Origin: Callorhinchus milii
Lineage: Eukaryota
DNA: 64,000 nucleotides
Reading direction: 5' to 3'
Assembly (NCBI RefSeq): GCF_018977255.1
Contig: NW_024704742.1
Location: 86,120,001 to 86,184,000, forward strand
Positions 60,433-64,000 of this stretch are shown here, one piece after another. The notes beneath the pieces are model-generated. The model had not been told where the DNA came from. It saw nothing but the letters and a program-made list of their open reading frames with translations, and searched no databases. The translations under genes were made by a program, and so were the position numbers. Numbering within the stretch: position 1 is the stretch's first letter; each line of letters starts with the position of its first letter.

Positions 60433-63009
60433 ATTAGTGGCCAGGACATCAGGCAAAACCCCTTTTCTTTTCGAATAGTGTTCTAGTATCACTAAGGTCC
60501 ACTAGGCAGACAGGACCTTCGTTTTACGTCTTATTGGAAGCAGTGCTTCTCCCCCTGTACTCAAATATAAACACCACCACCACCAACAACAACTTGTATT
60601 TAATATAGTGCCACTCACACAGACTAGTTCCAGAGCGCTTGAACTTGGGACTTGAACTAACTGACCCAGAGGCAAGAATAACTAATACTTAAAAACTTGC
60701 TGAGGTGGTGCTGGAATATTTATATCATTATTTCTGAGTCAAACAACAGTATTTGATGGAAAAGTCAAATTTAAAATATTCAACGATAAGGTTTACACCC
60801 GGTGCATAATAAACTGGCTGCTTAGCGATATCAAACTCGGTCAAATTATTGTGTAAAGTGGGGTGGGGTGCAGTGGGGGGAGGGCCATTCAGTTCCTCAG
60901 CTGGGAACAGTTAGAAAAATGGGTGCTTCATAAATCACGCAATAACAAAGAGTTACTTTTCCAACCCCAATATTCCCTCATTCCTTCAGCTCAGTTTGTA
61001 GAAGAGTGAGTTTTAGACATTAGGATTGACTACTCACATACCTTATCTCGTGTTTTCAGACAGCAATATTGCTGAAGCATGATTAAATTTAAAAAAAACA
61101 TGAATGTTTGTGGGACACGGCTGTGCAAAGTTATATTCTTCTCATATCCAATGACCTTGCTTTGAGGCCATGAATCCTCTCCCCTCCCCAGTTTCCACAG
61201 AGCTGCAAATGCAGGAAAGAGGAAGACAATAGATAAACCTGCAGGGACTATGGGAATGAGTAAACTGGATCTAGATAAAGGATGTTTGTACAGACACTGC
61301 CTCATTTGGCTTGAACTCAATCAGTAATCCATCTCAGTCAGACTGAGGCTTTGTCTTGCCCGCAAAGCCCTTGCTGTAACACTTGCTGCTTTTCCTTGGC
61401 TTTGTTATTGTTTTTTGACTATTATGTTTAATTTTAACTTGTATTTTGGTGATCTTTTGTTTTGAGCTCCAGGTGAGAGACAACAGCTAAGTAAAATTCA
61501 TTTAAACCAGTTAATTTGTCACTGCTCAATTTTGCTGTTACCTCCCCCTCTCCCCCCGACTTGGTTAAAGTAAGGAGTTCAGCATGTGGAGGAGCCAAGG
61601 ATATACCACTGCAGGTTGCAATCTGTCAATATGTATCAGCAAGCTGCCGTAATCATATAATTTCAGGAAATTAGAAGAATATTGTTTGTGGGATTCAACA
61701 GATTCCTTTGTTTTGCATTTTTAATTGACTGGATTATCCTATGAATATTTTAGTTGAAACTGTCTATAATTATGTACTGAATAGTTAAGAACAATATCCT
61801 TTATCCAATAAAGAAAAGCTTGGTTCAGAATCCTACGACTGCAAAATCAATGACATTTATTGATGTCCAGTTAAGCAGCAAATCTGGGGGCAAATTGAGA
61901 ACACAGCTGATAGCCAAGGTTTCAGCCATGCCTCGGAAGACATTGGTGCCACTGATCTTGAAAGAATTAAGGTCTAATTTGTAAGAAATAAGGCTTAAGG
62001 TATCAGATGATTTTACAGTATTACATACTTGTGCTATAGCAGCAACAACCTTGGTGGTGAATTTCATTTGCATTACAAAAGGCCCCAAAAAGCTGATTCC
62101 TGCAACATTTTTGAATTTATCCCTGTTCTGTCTTGTCATTGGTTGAGGCAAGTCAAAAAGTATATTTGCACACAGTAGCACCTTTCATATAAAGTCTAAA
62201 AGTTCTTGATAAAACGTGATCACCTAGCAATGTGGACACTGAAAGATCCAAAAAGTTTAGCCGAGATATGTTTTTAGGAGATTTTTGAAGATGGGGAGAG
62301 AGTTGGCAAGATGAAGCCGTTTTGGAAGAAGGTTTCAGGAAACAATAATTTGCATTTATATAGCACCCTTCACACTGGGCAGCATCTCGGAGGGGATAAG
62401 GAGAGTTAACGATGTCAGTTAGCTTGGAGTTAGAGTTGCCAGGAGCTGAGTTATTGATGTGTCACACAAACAACAACAACAAATTGCATACATACATATA
62501 TATATAGAGCACTTTTCATGTTGGGAAGTCATCCCAAGACTCTGAACTTCTGGTAGGCTTCCTATAAAGAAAATTAGTCTGAGAGCCGGGGAGAAGATTG
62601 GGGAGAACTGCAGAGAATAAGAGGCATAGATGTAGGATGTGGAAGGGAAGACTTTAATGATGAGAAGTTGTAAAGATAACAGAGTTGAGGGAAGGTAGTT
62701 GGCCGAGTGAATAGTCTCAATTTTGGACAAAAATATGGCCATGAGCTCCTCAGATTGTTGTCAACAATGCTTGAGTTATTGCTGAACTTATTGCAACGGG
62801 TGAATTAATGAACAATAAATGAGATTGCCCTGAGCACCAGCACAACAGAGGGATTGACAGCACAATAAACCAGTCAAAAAACAGCCGGTGTAATACCCCC
62901 AATCTCACAGCATCAACAGCTGGACTGGCCAATTCACCCATTCACTGTAAGAATTATCTGCCACTGACGATCATAATAATTTTCTACAAAATGTTCTGAA
63001 GCTTTGCTT

Positions 63010-63297
63010 TTTGCATTTGATATAATGCCTTTCATCTCAGGAGGATGTCTTGAAGCACTTCACAGGATTCACTATAAAGAGCAGTGCTTGTATTTTGTAG
63101 ATAAATGCCACAGCCAATTTGCACACAGCAATGTCCCTCAAACAACCATGAAATGAATGATTCATTTTATCTGGGGATTGCCGGCCAGGACACTGGAAAA
63201 ATCTCCCTTCTCTTTTTGATTTAGTGCCATGGGATCTTTAACATCCACCTGAGCAGGCAGATGGGACCTCAGTTTCAAATCACATCTGAAGGACAGA
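63010..63297 (-). mobile_element. Deu-domain SINE 3' part
   Basis: Reverse tail plus 'gtgccatgggatctttaacatccacctgagcaggcagatgggacctcag'. Confidence 0.82.
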
Positions 63298-64000
63298 TAA
63301 TTATTTTAATCGTCATTTTTTAAAAAAATTCTAAAGGAATTTGGGAGATTGACTCTAGATATGAAATCTGTAATTAGCAGCACCTTACAACACACCTCAA
63401 CAGCACAGTCTCTCAGTCCTTTCCAGTAAAAGAGTGTCCCACTACCTTGGCTTATGATTAACTTATGTTGTTCAAATATGTGTAAATGTGATTGTGCCAG
63501 TGGGTGGATGTCACAGTGCATCTGAATGTGGGATGTTCATGAAATTAGTAGGTTAGAGATGAGTTATGATTAAACTACATCTACAAAAGGAAGAGGAGGA
63601 GGGAGGGGGAAGTTTACTGTATATACCTGAAGAAAGCAGAATGCTTTAATAAGCCTTTTTTCCTGATAGATCCAGTTGAGGGACTGGTATACCATTTTCG
63701 TTCAAATAAAAAACATGGCGTAAAAGAAATCCAGTACAATTAGAGTCTTTTTTAAGAACATGGTATCCTAAGATGGCCTGGTAATAAATCAAATAGTCTT
63801 GATTCCGGACTTGATGAGCTTAGAAAGAGCAGCAATATTTGCACTTGCATTTGTACATCTGCAAAGAGACAACCTGGCACACATTGGCTGGATTGCATTA
63901 TGGACAGGATAAAAAAAATTCTAGTGTTTGTATATCGAAACATGTTGAAATGATTATTGTCAGGTGTAGTGACTTGTTGGCAAACACAGCAGGTACGTAA

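Noticed and set aside
61826..61986. Open plus-strand frame ending at a GTAAGA donor-like site
   Set aside because: Weak acceptor and unrecognised peptide.
63510..63640. Possible CR1/L2 endonuclease relic (RGGG-like motif)
   Set aside because: Too degenerate to distinguish from purine-rich low-complexity sequence.

Overview
Eukaryotic, repeat-dense, apparently non-genic (intergenic or deep intronic) vertebrate DNA. The repeat content is a tRNA-Ala-headed SINE with a Deu-domain segment and a (TTA)n tail, abundant L2 LINE fragments with (TTG)n tails, and CR1 3' ends. This points to a cartilaginous fish, most likely the elephant shark Callorhinchus milii (inference from recalled repeat families). 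I found no host protein-coding exon, rRNA, true tRNA or CRISPR array. The ORFs I could assign are L2/CR1 reverse-transcriptase or endonuclease remnants, or antisense and chance frames over repeats. I cannot claim a confirmed new biological system. Best leads: (i) several L2 lineages and their SINEs share a 3' stem-loop whose stem is conserved and whose loop is lineage-specific, with the youngest SINE carrying the loop of the best-preserved L2; (ii) three L2 copies are 5'-truncated at almost the same point; (iii) two dispersed repeat families that I cannot classify; (iv) a dense CRE/AP-1/NFAT motif cluster at about 56.2-56.4 kb; (v) a roughly phased TAATGACC array at 42.25 kb. Repeat boundaries were read by eye and are approximate.
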